Program-made: the position numbers and the translations under genes
Part shown: positions 62,475 to 64,000 of the stretch, piece by piece
Layout of the letters: the number at the start of each line of letters is the position of its first letter
Numbering within the stretch: the stretch's first letter is position 1
Notes under the pieces: model-generated
The model's database searches: none
Seen by the model: only the letters and a program-made list of their open reading frames with translations
What the model was told of the DNA's origin: nothing
Assembly (NCBI GenBank): GCA_963664875.1
Contig: OY761611.1
Location: 1,280,001-1,344,000, forward strand
Direction of reading: 5' to 3'
Length of the DNA: 64,000 nt
From: Candidatus Kapaibacterium sp.
GTDB lineage: Bacteria; Bacteroidota; Ignavibacteria; Kapaibacteriales; UBA2268

Positions 62475-63344
62475 ATGCAACTTAACAATAACAATTACTT
62501 ATTTCATTATACAACACTTAATAATTTGGAAAAGATTTTGGAAAATGGACTACGATTTAATTCTATCTGCAAACAGGCAGACTATCATGAGGGAAAATAT
62601 AAGTTTGGGAATGTCACCCGAGGTTATTGGCATGATCCTAAAAAAGATGAAACAGAACAATTAAAGGAAAATTTTAGTATACCATTTGAACAGTTGCAAA
62701 TTATATCATTAATACAGAATGGTATTCCAAAAATAGAAATAGAGGAAGACGACTACGATAATACTTTATCAAATCATTTTGACGATTTGTCAGATTGTCA
62801 AAAGAATCACACAAGGAATATAAAAGACATTATTGATGATATAAACGAACAATTCATATTTGAAAGCAAAGGTTATTATAATAACTATATGTGGGAAAGA
62901 TATGGAGATAAACATAATGGAATCTGTTTAATTCTCGATAAAAAAAAGCTTTTTGATGAGATTCTCAAAAAATATGGATATTTTGCTAAGCACAATAAAG
63001 TAGAATATAAATCAAATGAGATATCAGAACACAACAATGCTACAAACAACGAAAATATTCATCTTTTTCAAAAAGACTTAACATATAGCCATGAAAACGA
63101 ATACCGTATTTTATTACGGAAACAACTAGATGAAAAAAATAGAGATTATATTGGAAAAAACGCCATAGAGGGTGTTATCGTAGGGATACAGCTTGAAAAT
63201 GAAATCAAAATGTATAACAACAGCATTATTAGTGGTAATAGTAAGATAGAGAAATACAATAATTTGAAAAATAAAATCAATTTTTACTGTCTTCAAAGAG
63301 ATAATCCTAGAGGGACTCTGGATCAAGATGTTTTTCCAATTTGA
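62475..63344 (+). CDS. DUF2971-like protein
   Basis: LFHYTT, MWERYGDKHNGICL, KDLTYSHENEYRI motifs; very AT-rich. Confidence 0.72.
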   Translation: MQLNNNNYLFHYTTLNNLEKILENGLRFNSICKQADYHEGKYKFGNVTRGYWHDPKKDETEQLKENFSIPFEQLQIISLIQNGIPKIEIEEDDYDNTLSNHFDDLSDCQKNHTRNIKDIIDDINEQFIFESKGYYNNYMWERYGDKHNGICLILDKKKLFDEILKKYGYFAKHNKVEYKSNEISEHNNATNNENIHLFQKDLTYSHENEYRILLRKQLDEKNRDYIGKNAIEGVIVGIQLENEIKMYNNSIISGNSKIEKYNNLKNKINFYCLQRDNPRGTLDQDVFPI

Positions 63345-63399
63345 AACAGAAAAAAAGATAAAAGAGTTTATATCCCTCCAACACAAAAATATATTGTCT

Positions 63400-63474
63400 A
63401 AAACTGGGCTTGAAGTTTAAAGAGATTGAACTGGAGCATAGCCATTATGCAGTTGAGGGAGTTTGAGTATGGGA
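63400..63474 (+). repeat. Direct copy of the CPBP gene 3' end (copy 3)
   Basis: aaaactgggcttgaagtttaaagagattgaactggagcatagccattatgcagttgagggagtttgagt; encodes KLGLKFKEIELEHSHYAVEGV*. Confidence 0.92.
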
Positions 63475-63573
63475 TAGATCCTAAAATTCGAGACTGTAAA
63501 CCAATCTCTGTCTGTACTATTTTTTATAGAAGAAAATTCTGGTTGTGATTGTTAAAAATCAACTTTAGTTCCG

Positions 63574-63601
63574 GCTGACTCTGAGCATACTGAGTCAGCC
63601 C
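63574..63601. terminator. Hairpin between convergent genes
   Basis: ggctgactc-tgagcatact-gagtcagcc. Confidence 0.55.
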
Positions 63602-63644
63602 AGTTAAAAAAAAACATCCACATTGATACTGATTTATTCACATT

Positions 63645-64000
63645 CTACTCCTTTATAAACTTAATTCTTTTGTTGTTTATTTGAATGTAATATACTCCCA
63701 TTTGATAATTAGATATATCAACAGACCCAGTGAATTCTCCTGATGTTAGTCTATTGCCCAATATGTCAAATATCTCATATTTTTGACTATTACAAATTCC
63801 TGCTATCGTAATAATCTCAGTTGCGGGGTTAGGATAAATAGTTATCTCGCTATTCTGTTCATCATTTTCTGTAACGGAGACTGCAACGCCTGCTCTGGAA
63901 GCGTAAGCAATACTTTTTGATTCAACATATCCTTCGAAAATTGCAAAAAGGAGTTGTTTCGCTTCTTTTATTGGCACATAATTATCGAAAACGATAGCGA
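63645..64000 (-). CDS. C-terminal part of a T9SS type A sorting-domain protein (start outside window)
   Basis: IYPNPATEII...DISNYQMGVYYIQI...KFIKE. Confidence 0.85.
   Translation of the reverse strand, partial: AIVFDNYVPIKEAKQLLFAIFEGYVESKSIAYASRAGVAVSVTENDEQNSEITIYPNPATEIITIAGICNSQKYEIFDILGNRLTSGEFTGSVDISNYQMGVYYIQINNKRIKFIKE

Noticed and set aside
62395-62664. 89-aa ORF overlapping the CPBP stop codon
   Set aside because: Overlaps the better-supported DUF2971-like ORF in another frame; no recognisable motif
55910-63474. Repeat trio as DGR template/variable repeats
   Set aside because: Mismatches are not adenine-specific in any one copy (they include C/T and C/G changes) and no reverse transcriptase is in the window
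62317-63474. Repeats as integron attC sites
   Set aside because: No internal palindrome with RYYYAAC/GTTRRRY ends; the repeat is protein-coding sequence; no IntI gene seen

Overview
AT-rich bacterial chromosomal window, most consistent with an FCB-group organism (Kapabacteria/Ignavibacteria-like; inferred from five proteins with T9SS-type C-terminal domains, not from a database search). Housekeeping content: ftsQ-ftsA-ftsZ, two identical tRNA-Ser(UGA), kdsD, HIT, RodZ-like, methylmalonyl-CoA mutase pair, queA, htpG, dacB and a U32 peptidase. There is also a chemosensory-like trio (giant poly-HAMP MCP with three 546-bp repeats, PAS hybrid kinase, REC-CheB) and many surface proteins. The most unusual signals are three. 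(1) Accessory genes are flanked by duplicated, in-frame, slightly diverged ends of neighbouring genes: three copies of the 3' end of a CPBP protease gene, one inverted, and a GT2/TetR chimeric scar between two IPTL-CTERM paralogues. No integrase is present, which suggests recombinational allele or cassette capture. (2) An ECF sigma factor is tightly linked to an anti-sigma-like membrane protein that ends in a T9SS sorting domain. (3) The MCP/kinase/CheB module lacks CheA, CheW and CheR. No CRISPR array, rRNA, transposase or integrase was seen. All calls come from reading motifs by eye.
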